From the NCBI GenBank assembly GCA_045863855.1, contig BTVV01000020.1, positions 8,936 to 72,935 on the forward strand: DNA of 64,000 bases, read 5' to 3'. Below, in pieces: positions 33,159-42,768 of the stretch. The notes beneath the pieces are model-generated. The model ran no database searches. It was not told the origin of the DNA and saw only the letters and a program-made list of their open reading frames with translations. The stretch is from Planctomycetota bacterium. Lineage in GTDB: Bacteria; Planctomycetota; SZUA-567; H5-PLA8. Numbering within the stretch: the first letter of the stretch is position 1; each line of letters starts with the position of its first letter. The translations under genes and the position numbers were made by a program.

Positions 33159-33845
33159 TTGAACCAACCTCCGATCACGCGCCTTTCCCAGGGCGCCAAC
33201 GTTGCGCAGCCCGCAGCGCACGCGTATCCGCCCGCGCTGAAGCTCCTAATCGCCGCGGTGTTCCTCGCGGTGGTGGCCGACGGCCTGTACTACGGTTCCC
33301 TGCATGCGCGCGCTTTCGAGCAGGGCGCAAAGGAACCGTCATCCGAGGCTGCGTATCTGTTGCACGGGCGCGGGCGGGATGCGGTGTACATCGATGGGCA
33401 GACGTGGCGCACGCTGAATGTGCTCGAGTACGGCTTGCTGGCCGGCGTCCCGCTGTGCTTTGTGCTCGGCTTCGGCGGACCGGTGCTGTGGCGCATCGGC
33501 GGCTGGATCGCCCTTACGCTCCCGCTGGTCGCGCGCCGGCGTTGCCCGCGCTGCCGCGAAGGCGACGTCTACGCCACGTGGCAGGCGATCCACGCCCGCT
33601 GCCCGGTCTGCAAACTCGATTACCAGCCGCACGCGGGCTATTTCACCGGAGCGATGTACTTCAACTATTTCCTGATGATCGGAAGCTTCCTGCCCACCGC
33701 GCTGGTGCTCTTTTGGGCCTTCGATGCGAGCATCCCCGCCTACATCGGCGCCGCGTTGCTCCAGACGCTGCTCCTGGCCCCCGTCCTGGTGCCTTTCTCG
33801 CGCGTCATGTGGCTGCACTTCCATTTCTTGCTCTCGCCGCGTTGA
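33159..33845 (+). CDS. Membrane protein with C-terminal DUF983-like domain
   Basis: CPRCREG...CPVC..Y...GYFTGAMYFNY plus two TM segments; start uncertain (TTG). Confidence 0.65.
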   Translation: MNQPPITRLSQGANVAQPAAHAYPPALKLLIAAVFLAVVADGLYYGSLHARAFEQGAKEPSSEAAYLLHGRGRDAVYIDGQTWRTLNVLEYGLLAGVPLCFVLGFGGPVLWRIGGWIALTLPLVARRRCPRCREGDVYATWQAIHARCPVCKLDYQPHAGYFTGAMYFNYFLMIGSFLPTALVLFWAFDASIPAYIGAALLQTLLLAPVLVPFSRVMWLHFHFLLSPR

Positions 33846-33929
33846 TCCGGCTAAGGCTTGGGTCCGAGCCGCGTCTGTGTTAGGCTGGATGTTTCGCGGA
33901 CTTCGCATGGTGCGGTACGGGGAGCTTCG

Positions 33930-36740
33930 GTGCGGCGTACGTTCCTGTTGCTCGGTCTGAGTCTGTGGCTGGCTTGCGCTTCGGCGCACGCGGCGACGTA
34001 TCACGTCAGCACTGCGGGGCACGACGGCAACCCCGGCTCGGCCGCGTTCCCGTGGCTCACCTTGCAGCGCGCCGCGAACGTCATGCAGCCCGGCGACACC
34101 GTGCAGGTGGCCGATGGCACGTACGCGGGTTTCCTGCCCACGCGCAGCGGCACGCCAAGTGCGCCCATCCGCTACAAATCCACGAACCCCCGCGGCGCCA
34201 AGATCAACGCACCCAGCCCTATCGCGACCGGCGACGACGCATTGGATTTCATCAACATCCAGGCCAGAAGCCACCTGATCGTTGAAGGCTTCGAAGTGTC
34301 CGGCGCGCCGCGCGCGGGCATCAGCGTCCGGTCCATCGTCGATAGCTCCGGCGAAGACACCACGAACGTCGAGATCCGCAACTGCCGCTCGCGCAACAAC
34401 GGCTCGGCGGCCACCGCGCGAAACGACGGCATCTACGCCTTCTTCGCGAAGAACCTGCGCATCGAAGACTGCGAAACGCACGCCAACTCCGGACACGGCA
34501 TCTTGATCGTCGGCGGTGGATCGGATGCGCCCGTCGTGCGGCATTGCGTGAGCTACTCCAACGGCCTGCACGGCATCGCGTTGAGCGCCTTCCTGGCCGG
34601 CGGCGGCGACGGCAACATCACCGGCTTTCTGGCCGAACAGAATCGCAGCAACCACAACGCGGGAGCCGGACTGCAATTCGAAGGCGCCAGTGGCGGGATC
34701 TGCCAGAACAACCTCGTTTACCGGAATGCGCTGCCAGGCTTGAATTTCATTCAAGGCGCCGGAGCCGTGGGCAGCCACACCAATCTGGTGGTGAACAATA
34801 CGGTCTACCACCCCACCAGCACCAGCGGAGCGCTCGTCGTCGGCAACGGCTCGAACAACCTGACGATCTTCAACAACCTCCTTTATTCGGGCACCGGCGC
34901 GGGGCTGGAGATTCAGACCGCAAGCAACACCCAGCACGATTACAACACCTTCAATTCGATTACCGGCGGCGCGCAGTCGGCACACGAACTGACCCAGGCC
35001 CCCGGCGCCGTCTTCACCGCGCCGGCCACCGACGACCTCACGCTCAAGGACGGCTCCCCCGCCATCGACAGCGGCATCGACGAGTTCAACAACACCGCCG
35101 CGCCGAACCTGGATTTCAATCGCGCCAGCCGTCCCTTCGGAACCAAGCACGACCGCGGCGCCTACGAGCGTGGCGCGCCGCTCGATACGACCCCGCCCGG
35201 CATCACGATCCTCGTACCTTCGCTTGCGCCGTTCTTCACCACCAACCTGCCCTCCGTTTCGCTGGCCGGCAGCGCCGGGGACAACGTGGGGCTCGCGCTG
35301 CTCAGTTGGGAGAACAGCCTCGGCGGCTTCGGCGTGATTCCCGTCTCGACCAACTGGAACGTCGCGAACATCCCGCTCGAACTGGGCCAGAACGTCCTGA
35401 CGCTTCGCGCCGTGGACACCTCGGGCCTGATCGCCTTCGATACGCTCACCGTAACCCGGGTGCCGCCGCCCAACGTACCGCCCGTGATCGAAAGCGGACC
35501 GCTCGCCACCCCCGACCCGCTTCTCCTGCCGGCCACCGCCGACCTGCTTGTCGCCGCCAGCGATCCGGACGAAGCGCCCGATCCGCTCGTCTACACCTGG
35601 GTGCGCGCCGGCGGTCCGGCCCCCGTGGACTTCGAGCCCAACGCGACCGCGGACGCCGATCAATCCGTCGCGACTTTCAGCGCCCCCGGCGTTTACCAGC
35701 TTCGCACCTCCGTCTTCGACGGCGCCGACGCGACCGAAGAGGAGTTTATCTATTTCGTGAGCGACGGAACCGTGCCTGGGCCGGTGACCGACACGTCGCT
35801 GTGTCTCACCAAGGGCCAACTGAGCGTCAACTTCGCGCGTAGCGGTTCCGACAAGCTGCTTCTGACCGGGCGCTTCAATCGCGCGCTCTTCCCCGATCTC
35901 ATGACCGGCATCGAGGCCACACTGGTCGTCAACGGCGCGACGGTCCTCAACGCGCAGCCGCTCGACGCGCTAGGGCGCTTCGCTTCGCCGCGCGGAGCAA
36001 AGCCCGTCGCCAAGTCTTCTTTCGCCACCAAGACGGGGATCTTCACGCTCAGCCTGAGTTCCGCGGACCTGGCCGCGGTCCTGAATCCGCCCAACCGCAC
36101 CGGCGCCGCCACGCTGCTCGTCGACCTGGTGCTGCATCTGGAAGGCGGCGGGCTCGGTGCGCCTATCGAAACGCGCGGCGCATTCGAGTTCCTCGGCAAA
36201 GGCAAGAAAGGCGCCTCCTTCGCCGCCAGTTACCTGCCCGGAAAAGGGCGTGCGTACGACGGCTTCCTAAGCGTGACGAAAGCTTCCGTCACGCAGCTTT
36301 CCGAAAGGGTCGGCGGCGGACACAAGGTCATGCTTGCCGGAAACATGGACATTCGCGGCGCCGACCCTTTCATCCTGCGCGACGAAGCCCTCGCCGACGA
36401 CGACGTGCGTATTGAACTTGGAGGCGAAGCGATCGAGCTTTCCTTCATCGGCCTTCTTATCTCCGGCAACACCGCCGAAAGCGCGAGCTACACCTACAAC
36501 CCCCAAGCGCCCGGCGGACCGCCCGAGCTTAAGCAGGCCTTCTTCAGCAACCTGAACAAGTCCTACAAGCTCACCACCAACGCGCTCGACGCCCTCGGAC
36601 TTCCGCCCGCCGGACCCGCCGAGGCGCTGGATCACGTGCTGCCGTTCGCGCTGGAATTCGAAACCTTGAGCGGCCGTCTGCGCCTCGAGACGCAGATCCG
36701 GCTGCGCCGCACCAAGCCCACCGCCACCGCCTGGAAGTAG
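33930..36740 (+). CDS. Secreted right-handed beta-helix protein with Ig/PKD-like domains
   Basis: GTG start after GGAG; TYHVST.G.DGNPG...PGDTV.VADGTY; beta-helix repeats; SPAIDSG...DRGAYE; PKD-like repeat. Confidence 0.8.
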   Translation: MRRTFLLLGLSLWLACASAHAATYHVSTAGHDGNPGSAAFPWLTLQRAANVMQPGDTVQVADGTYAGFLPTRSGTPSAPIRYKSTNPRGAKINAPSPIATGDDALDFINIQARSHLIVEGFEVSGAPRAGISVRSIVDSSGEDTTNVEIRNCRSRNNGSAATARNDGIYAFFAKNLRIEDCETHANSGHGILIVGGGSDAPVVRHCVSYSNGLHGIALSAFLAGGGDGNITGFLAEQNRSNHNAGAGLQFEGASGGICQNNLVYRNALPGLNFIQGAGAVGSHTNLVVNNTVYHPTSTSGALVVGNGSNNLTIFNNLLYSGTGAGLEIQTASNTQHDYNTFNSITGGAQSAHELTQAPGAVFTAPATDDLTLKDGSPAIDSGIDEFNNTAAPNLDFNRASRPFGTKHDRGAYERGAPLDTTPPGITILVPSLAPFFTTNLPSVSLAGSAGDNVGLALLSWENSLGGFGVIPVSTNWNVANIPLELGQNVLTLRAVDTSGLIAFDTLTVTRVPPPNVPPVIESGPLATPDPLLLPATADLLVAASDPDEAPDPLVYTWVRAGGPAPVDFEPNATADADQSVATFSAPGVYQLRTSVFDGADATEEEFIYFVSDGTVPGPVTDTSLCLTKGQLSVNFARSGSDKLLLTGRFNRALFPDLMTGIEATLVVNGATVLNAQPLDALGRFASPRGAKPVAKSSFATKTGIFTLSLSSADLAAVLNPPNRTGAATLLVDLVLHLEGGGLGAPIETRGAFEFLGKGKKGASFAASYLPGKGRAYDGFLSVTKASVTQLSERVGGGHKVMLAGNMDIRGADPFILRDEALADDDVRIELGGEAIELSFIGLLISGNTAESASYTYNPQAPGGPPELKQAFFSNLNKSYKLTTNALDALGLPPAGPAEALDHVLPFALEFETLSGRLRLETQIRLRRTKPTATAWK

Positions 36741-36795
36741 CCGCCTTCGTCCGGCCGCGCTAGGATGGACGGGCCTGCATTCGGAGAGAATCGCC

Positions 36796-37317
36796 ATGCG
36801 CCTGGATCACATCGCCTACCGCGTCAAGGACCGCGACGCCGCCGTGAAGTTCTTCAAGGAGGCCTTCGGTTACACCGAGCAGGCCGAGTTCGACCTGAAG
36901 CTCGAGGACGGCAGCACCGCGCGCTGTATGGCCCTCGAACCCCCCGAGAAGCAGCAGGTCGCGCTGCCGCAGTTCGTCTCGGACGGCTTCCATCTCGCGC
37001 CGGAAATCTTCGTCAGCTCCGGTCCGCCTGGCAGCCTCATCGACCGCTGGGTCAACGAGTGGGGCCGCGGCGTCGGCGCGATTCATCACCTTGCCTACCA
37101 GGTCGAGGACGTTCCGGCGACGATGCGCGAATGGCTCGACAAAGGCCTCATGTTCACCACCGATGGCCCGCTCGAATGCCCCAACCTGACGCAAATCTTT
37201 TCGCAGCCCCACCCGCTCACCGGGATCATTTACGAATTCATCGCGCGCAAAGGCAATCACGGCTTCTGCAAAGAGAACGTCGCCAAACTGATGAGCAGCA
37301 CGGCAAAGCTGGCCTGA
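36796..37317 (+). CDS. VOC/glyoxalase-family protein resembling the HPPD catalytic domain
   Basis: LDHIA, IHHLA, LTQIF, EFIARKGNHGF...N. Confidence 0.75.
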   Translation: MRLDHIAYRVKDRDAAVKFFKEAFGYTEQAEFDLKLEDGSTARCMALEPPEKQQVALPQFVSDGFHLAPEIFVSSGPPGSLIDRWVNEWGRGVGAIHHLAYQVEDVPATMREWLDKGLMFTTDGPLECPNLTQIFSQPHPLTGIIYEFIARKGNHGFCKENVAKLMSSTAKLA

Positions 37318-37378
37318 GGTCGATTTCGGGTTCGCAATTTCGGATGGGTGCGCCGCGCTTGCGGATAATCCATATTCC

Positions 37379-38239
37379 CTACGTCCACTCCCGCACGAAC
37401 GCGTACAGCGCGCGCCATTCGGTGCGGTAGTACCAGTCTTCCGCGTACAAAAAGTAGAGCCCCTTCGCGGCCAACAGCGCGCCGCTCGCGGCCAGCACCG
37501 TCAGAACCAGCAGCCGTTCGAGCGCCCCAAGTTTCCGGCGCGGCAGTTCCACGCCGCTCTTCGCCGGTTCGAAGCCGCGGCTTTGGATCGAAGCCGCCAG
37601 CGTCCCTGCGCGGCGCACGCAGCCGGCCAAGACCGGGCGCAGCAGGCCGAAGGTCACCGCCGCGCCGGCCCATGGCGGCGTGCGCCACGGCGCGGGCTGG
37701 AAGCCCCGCAACCGCGCGGCCGTCCAGGCCTGCGTCGCTTCTTGCGCAAGCAACGGCCCGAAGCGCAGCGCCGTCACCGCCATGAACGCCAGCCCGTAGG
37801 GTACGCGGAAGAACGTCAGCGCGCCCAGCAAAGCGCCCGGATCGGTGCTGAACGCCACCGCCAGACCCGCCGCCGCGGCCAGCACCACGCGCAAGCCCTG
37901 CGCGAGCCCGTGCGCGAATCCCTCCCGATACAACGCCACGCCTTCGGGACCGAAGAGCGCATGCGCCCAGCCGCTTTGCGGATGCCAGCCCCAGATCTCC
38001 GTGCGCGGCGCCTGCGCATAGAAAAAGCCCTGCATCAGCGCCAAGCCCCATAAGGCCAGCGCCAAACCGCCCAGCGCCGCCAAGATGCGCCGCCAGCCCG
38101 CGCCCGATAGGCACAGCGCAAGCACCGCCGCGCCCGCCAGCACGCCCAGCAAGAGCGGCCGATCCAGCGTCACCGCCCACAAGCCTGCCACACCCAGCAG
38201 CAGGAGCTTCACGCGCGCTTCGAAACCTCGCTCGTTCAT
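37379..38239 (-). CDS. ECF transporter T component (CbiQ/EcfT family)
   Basis: ALRFGP, AARLRG and IQSRGF (two X-R-G motifs); ATG 38239 overlaps the ATPase stop (ATGA). Confidence 0.85.
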   Translation of the reverse strand: MNERGFEARVKLLLLGVAGLWAVTLDRPLLLGVLAGAAVLALCLSGAGWRRILAALGGLALALWGLALMQGFFYAQAPRTEIWGWHPQSGWAHALFGPEGVALYREGFAHGLAQGLRVVLAAAAGLAVAFSTDPGALLGALTFFRVPYGLAFMAVTALRFGPLLAQEATQAWTAARLRGFQPAPWRTPPWAGAAVTFGLLRPVLAGCVRRAGTLAASIQSRGFEPAKSGVELPRRKLGALERLLVLTVLAASGALLAAKGLYFLYAEDWYYRTEWRALYAFVREWT

Positions 38240-39864
38240 GTGCGCGCCTCCGTCCAACGCGCGGCCAATTCGTCCAGCGTCCGAGCCGCGGGCACACCCA
38301 GCGCTTCGCACCACGCCAGCAGCGCCGGCCGCTTCAAGCCCGTGCGTGCGAGCAGCGCCGCGTCGTTCAACACCGCGTGCGGCGAACCGTCGGCGGCGAT
38401 GCGCCCGGCCTGCAGCACCACGACGCGATCGGCCCACGCCAGCGCCAGGTCCGGATCGTGCGTGCTGAAGACCGCCGCCGCACCGTGCTCGCAGACGCTT
38501 TGCAGCAGGCTCTCCACGTGCTTGCGGTCCTGCCCCGTGCTGGGCTCGTCGAGCAGCAGAATCTCCGGTTCGGCGGCAAGCACCGCGGCCACCGCCAAGC
38601 GCAGGCGCTGCCCGCGCGATAACGCCAGCGGCGCTTCCATGCTGCGCGCGCCCAGCCCCAGGGCTTCCAGCGCCGCGCGGCCTTTCGCTTCCGCCGCCGC
38701 GCGGCCCAGCTTGAGCGTCCAGCGCGGGCCGAAAGCCGTCTCGTCCAGCGCCGTCGCGCCGATCAGCATCGCGTCGGGATTCTGAAACGTGTACCCGCGC
38801 GCCGCGGCGCATTCGATCCGTCCCGCACCGGGCTTGCGCAGGCCCGCCAGCAGCGCCAGTAATGTGCTCTTGCCCGATCCGTTCGCGCCTAGCAGCGCCA
38901 CGCGTTCCCCGCGCCGCAGCGTGAAGTTCGCACCTTCCAACGCGAAGCCTTTGCCGCCATAAGCGAACCCCAAGCCTTCCGCACGCAGAATCTCCGCGCC
39001 GGCCGGCGCGCGCACGGCTTCCGGTCCGGCCGCGCGCGGTGCATGCGTGCGCGCCCATTCGAGCGCACGAGCGCGGTCGCACGCGCCGGCCGCCCACGCT
39101 TCCGGAACGCGCCGCGCCCACTCCGCAGCAACCGGCAAGCGCAACCCCAGCTCCGCCAACTTCGGCGCGTACTTCGCCGCATCTTCTGCCGGCGCATTCA
39201 ACGCCACGCGTCCGCCGTCCAGCGCCAGCACCTGCTGCGGTCCGCCATCGCGCGAAGGTTCGAGCAACTCGCCCAAACGGTGCTCCGCCAGCACCAGCGC
39301 GACGCCGCGCTCCGCGCGCAGGCGTTCCAGCAGCGCGCGAATCTCTTCCGCGCCCTGCGGATCGAGCTGCGCGAACGGCTCGTCCAGCACCAGCGCCGCC
39401 GGTTCCAGCGCCAGCGCCGCCGCCAGCGCCAGGCGCTGCTTCTGCCCGCCGCTCAGCGCCGCCGGATCGGCGTCTTCGCGCCCACCCAACCCCACCACGC
39501 TTAAGGCTTCCGTTACACGGCGCCCAATCTCGCTTTCGCTCAGTCCCAGGTTGCGCGGACCGAACGCAACCTCGTCGAACGCGCGGCGCGCGAAGAGTTG
39601 ATCGTCGGGGCTCTGGAAGACCACGCCGCAGCGCGCGCCCGGCGCGGTTTCGCGCACACCGTCCAATCGGCAGACGCTCAAACCCGGCAACAGCCCCGCG
39701 AGCACCTTCAAGAACGTACTCTTGCCCGAACCCGTCGGACCCGCGACCAGCGTGTACGCGCCGGCTTCCAGTTCGAAATCGACGCCTTCCAGCGCCGCAT
39801 GCGCGCGGCCCGGATAGGTCAAGCGCGCGCCGCGCAAAGCAAGGAGTGCGGTAGCTGTTTTCAT
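38236..39864 (-). CDS. ECF transporter ATPase with two fused ABC domains
   Basis: GPTGSGKS / LSGGQ / LDEP / EH and GANGSGKS / LSRGQ / LDEP / TH. Confidence 0.92.
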   Translation of the reverse strand: MKTATALLALRGARLTYPGRAHAALEGVDFELEAGAYTLVAGPTGSGKSTFLKVLAGLLPGLSVCRLDGVRETAPGARCGVVFQSPDDQLFARRAFDEVAFGPRNLGLSESEIGRRVTEALSVVGLGGREDADPAALSGGQKQRLALAAALALEPAALVLDEPFAQLDPQGAEEIRALLERLRAERGVALVLAEHRLGELLEPSRDGGPQQVLALDGGRVALNAPAEDAAKYAPKLAELGLRLPVAAEWARRVPEAWAAGACDRARALEWARTHAPRAAGPEAVRAPAGAEILRAEGLGFAYGGKGFALEGANFTLRRGERVALLGANGSGKSTLLALLAGLRKPGAGRIECAAARGYTFQNPDAMLIGATALDETAFGPRWTLKLGRAAAEAKGRAALEALGLGARSMEAPLALSRGQRLRLAVAAVLAAEPEILLLDEPSTGQDRKHVESLLQSVCEHGAAAVFSTHDPDLALAWADRVVVLQAGRIAADGSPHAVLNDAALLARTGLKRPALLAWCEALGVPAARTLDELAARWTEART

Positions 39865-39978
39865 CGCGAAGCGCAGGGAAACGCCAAACTAAGAGTGCGT
39901 GCGCGGCAAGCAACTTAGCCGCCGAGCTCGCGCTTTACGTTTCCTGCACCGCCCTCCTTTCTGATAACGCCGCCACCA

Positions 39979-41850
39979 TCATTCCGCCACGCGCGTCAAA
40001 TCCGCGCCCAGCTTCGTGCCCAGCCACGCGCCCAGCAGCGGATACGCGCACCCGTTCAGCGCCACGTACAGCAGTACGTACCAGTCGGCGAAGAAGAGCC
40101 GGAACAGCGCGCTCTCCAGCGCCAGCGTGAAAGCCGCGCCGCCCGCCCCTAGCAGCCCAAACGCGGCGACGATCCGCGGCGCACTCGGCTTTCCGCGCGT
40201 CACGCCGCACAGCCACAGCAACGCCTCGGCGCTCAACAGCACCGGAACGATGTACAGCAGATCCAGCGGCGAGAAGCCGCCGAAGACGATCCCATTCAAC
40301 AGAAAACGCACGCCGCCAACCAGCAGCGCCACGCCCGGCCGCGGAACCAGCCGCACCGCCGCCGCGACGATCGCTTCCGCGCAGACCGTGCCGTACAGCC
40401 CGAGGATGAACGGGCTGAGCACCGGGAGCACCGCGAAGAGCGCCACCGAGAGCAGCCGCGCCGGAACGCCCACCAGCACGAAGGTCGCCGCGCCGAAAAG
40501 CGCCAGTTGAATCAGCTCCACGGTGCTGAACCCGCGCAGGATCCGCGGAGCGCCCAGCAACAAAAGCGGCAATGCGACGAGCGTCAGCAGCGCCGCGCTC
40601 AGCGTCAGCAGCAGCGGCAAGCGCGCCGACGAAGCGACTTCCAGCGCCGCCGTATCCGCCGCCAGCACCATCTCGCTCCCGAAGAGCCGCACTTCCGCCA
40701 CCCGCCGATAGGGCCCAGGCAGGACATCCGGCTGCAGGTAGATCGGAAAGATCGCCTCGCGCCGCGCGCCAGCCGGCACGATCAGCGGTTCGACCCAAGT
40801 CTCGCCCGCCCGGCCCAGCTTGGCCGGCGGCGCGAAACCCGCGGCGGCGAGCTCGGACTCCGCTTCGCGCACCACGCCGCGCACGTCCACCGCCAGCGCG
40901 CCCGGCAGATCGTGCTCCAGCGTCACCCGCGCATACGCGAACGGAGCTTCTCCGTCGCTCCACCCCTGCGGCAAACCCAGCGCGCTGCGCAAACGCCGCT
41001 CCCAGGCGCTCGGCACGCGCAGCAATCCCTGCCGCCGCGAAGCTTCTTGCCGCCCGAAGCCGTCCGTGGGCAGCGCGTGCTCGACGATCCGCACCGTGCG
41101 GGCAAGATCGGCCGCGGACAGCGCGCGGAGCGTGCGCGCAACTTCCAGCGTCGCCCCTTGCGGCAGCCGCAAGCGCGCGCGAAACGTCTCGGCTCCGCGC
41201 GAAGCGCCCGGAGCGCGGAGCGTGAAACGAAACTCGATCCGTTCGCCTCCCTGTACCGGCCGCTCGAAGATCTGTGCGTGCTCCGTCTCGCGCCAGGCGC
41301 GTTCGCCCTCGCGACCCGCCTGCGCGCCCAGCGTCCAGCCCGCGGGCGGTTCCAGCTCCAACCGCGCCGTCCCTTCGGCTTCGCCTTCGAATATCGCGCT
41401 CACCGCGCAGGCCACCGACTGACCGGCGGGCAATAGGGCTTCTTGAGTTTCGGCGGCGGCGCCCGGCAGGCCCAGCGGAAGCGCCAACGTCAGCGCGCCG
41501 GCATGCGCCGGCCGCGGCGGTACGCTCAGCGCGATCTCGCGTATGGATGAGTCGCGCAGCACCAGCCGCCCGCGCAGCGGTCCTTCCGGCGGCGGCGGCT
41601 CCAGCTTCAGGGTTTTGCGCGCGCCGGGCGTAAAGGTCCAGCGCCGCAGCACCCCCGCGCCGCTTGCGTCGAGTTGCTCGAAGCGCGCCACATCTTCCGA
41701 TGCGTCCAGCAGCAGGGTGAACGCCCGCCCATCCCACGCGGCTTCGGCTTTGGTGACCGCCGGTTCGGGCGCGTGGTGAGCACAACCGGAGCCCCACCAC
41801 GGCAGGGCCGCCAGAAGCCATACATAAGGAGCGCGAAGCGTGCGGCGCAT
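39979..41850 (-). CDS. Putative ECF S component (MptD-like) fused to a large N-terminal exported domain
   Basis: Lipobox-like GSGC, about 400-aa soluble region, then FSTVELIQLALFGA...VPRPGVALL multi-TM S-component pattern; operon with the A and T genes. Confidence 0.7.
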   Translation of the reverse strand: MRRTLRAPYVWLLAALPWWGSGCAHHAPEPAVTKAEAAWDGRAFTLLLDASEDVARFEQLDASGAGVLRRWTFTPGARKTLKLEPPPPEGPLRGRLVLRDSSIREIALSVPPRPAHAGALTLALPLGLPGAAAETQEALLPAGQSVACAVSAIFEGEAEGTARLELEPPAGWTLGAQAGREGERAWRETEHAQIFERPVQGGERIEFRFTLRAPGASRGAETFRARLRLPQGATLEVARTLRALSAADLARTVRIVEHALPTDGFGRQEASRRQGLLRVPSAWERRLRSALGLPQGWSDGEAPFAYARVTLEHDLPGALAVDVRGVVREAESELAAAGFAPPAKLGRAGETWVEPLIVPAGARREAIFPIYLQPDVLPGPYRRVAEVRLFGSEMVLAADTAALEVASSARLPLLLTLSAALLTLVALPLLLLGAPRILRGFSTVELIQLALFGAATFVLVGVPARLLSVALFAVLPVLSPFILGLYGTVCAEAIVAAAVRLVPRPGVALLVGGVRFLLNGIVFGGFSPLDLLYIVPVLLSAEALLWLCGVTRGKPSAPRIVAAFGLLGAGGAAFTLALESALFRLFFADWYVLLYVALNGCAYPLLGAWLGTKLGADLTRVAE

Positions 41851-41949
41851 GAAATTCGGTTCATCCGTGGATCGAAATATCACTATAGCAGGCCGCCGCG
41901 CCTGGGAAGCTCCCTTGCCGCATGCCGCCGCGGACCGTAGCCTGCTCGC

Positions 41950-42768
41950 ATGATGCTTCGAAGCGCCGCCGCCCGAATCGCGCTGCCCCTCGCCGCGATC
42001 GGCTTCGCGTGCTCAGCCGCCGCACAAGAGGGCCCCATGGTGGGCCCTTCCCGCGTCCAGCCGCCGCTCCAGCTTTACGCCGACCTGCTTTCGTCTTCTT
42101 GGCCGTGGGGTCCGCTTCTGCTGGGCCTCAGCTTCATGATCCTGCTCCTGATCATTTTCTGCACCCGCAACGCCGGCGAAGCGTTCCGAAGCGGGAATTC
42201 GCAGGCTTTCCGCGGCCTGCCGCCCGGCCTCGATTCGGACGGGCTGCTCGATCTGCGCGACCGGCTCGAAACGCGCGGCAATGCCTTAGGCGCGCTGCGC
42301 CGCGCTTTGCGCGTCGGCCTCGTGCGCGGGCGCGGCGGCTTGCTGATCTCCAAATCAGCCGTCCTCGCCGCGTGGGAAGCCGAGCGCGCGACCTTCCGCA
42401 TGTGGCCGCGCGTGATGCTCGCCATGGGCCTCACCTCCCTCGCCCTGGCCGTCCTTGCCGCCGCCAACCAGCTCCCCGTGGTTATCCGCATCTGGGAAGC
42501 CTTTTCCGAAATCGGCCAGCCGCCGCGCGGCGAGGCCTTCTGGGACCCGCTGCGCCGCGCCCACGCCCTCCTGACCTGGGGGCTGACCAACGCGTTCATC
42601 TCGCTGCTGCTCTATTTCGTCTTCGACCGCATCACGACGATGTTCTTGGACCGTACAACCAAGGCGCTGATCCGCTACCTTGGCGCGCCCGCCGCCGAAG
42701 AGGGCTTTGGCGCGCCTTCCATTGACCCCGCGCGCCGCGTGCCCGCGCACGCTGACGAAGAAGCCTGA
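41950..42768 (+). CDS. Divergent MotA/TolQ/ExbB-like membrane protein
   Basis: Signal peptide + TM, soluble helices, two C-terminal TMs (WEAFSEIG, ALLTWGL); the PxxGLLGTV motif is not conserved. Confidence 0.45.
   Translation: MMLRSAAARIALPLAAIGFACSAAAQEGPMVGPSRVQPPLQLYADLLSSSWPWGPLLLGLSFMILLLIIFCTRNAGEAFRSGNSQAFRGLPPGLDSDGLLDLRDRLETRGNALGALRRALRVGLVRGRGGLLISKSAVLAAWEAERATFRMWPRVMLAMGLTSLALAVLAAANQLPVVIRIWEAFSEIGQPPRGEAFWDPLRRAHALLTWGLTNAFISLLLYFVFDRITTMFLDRTTKALIRYLGAPAAEEGFGAPSIDPARRVPAHADEEA

Noticed and set aside
37379..39913. 844-aa ORF suggesting a giant EcfT fusion
   Set aside because: The N-terminal ~560 aa are Arg/Gly-rich off-frame read-through over the ATPase gene; the real start is ATG 38239.
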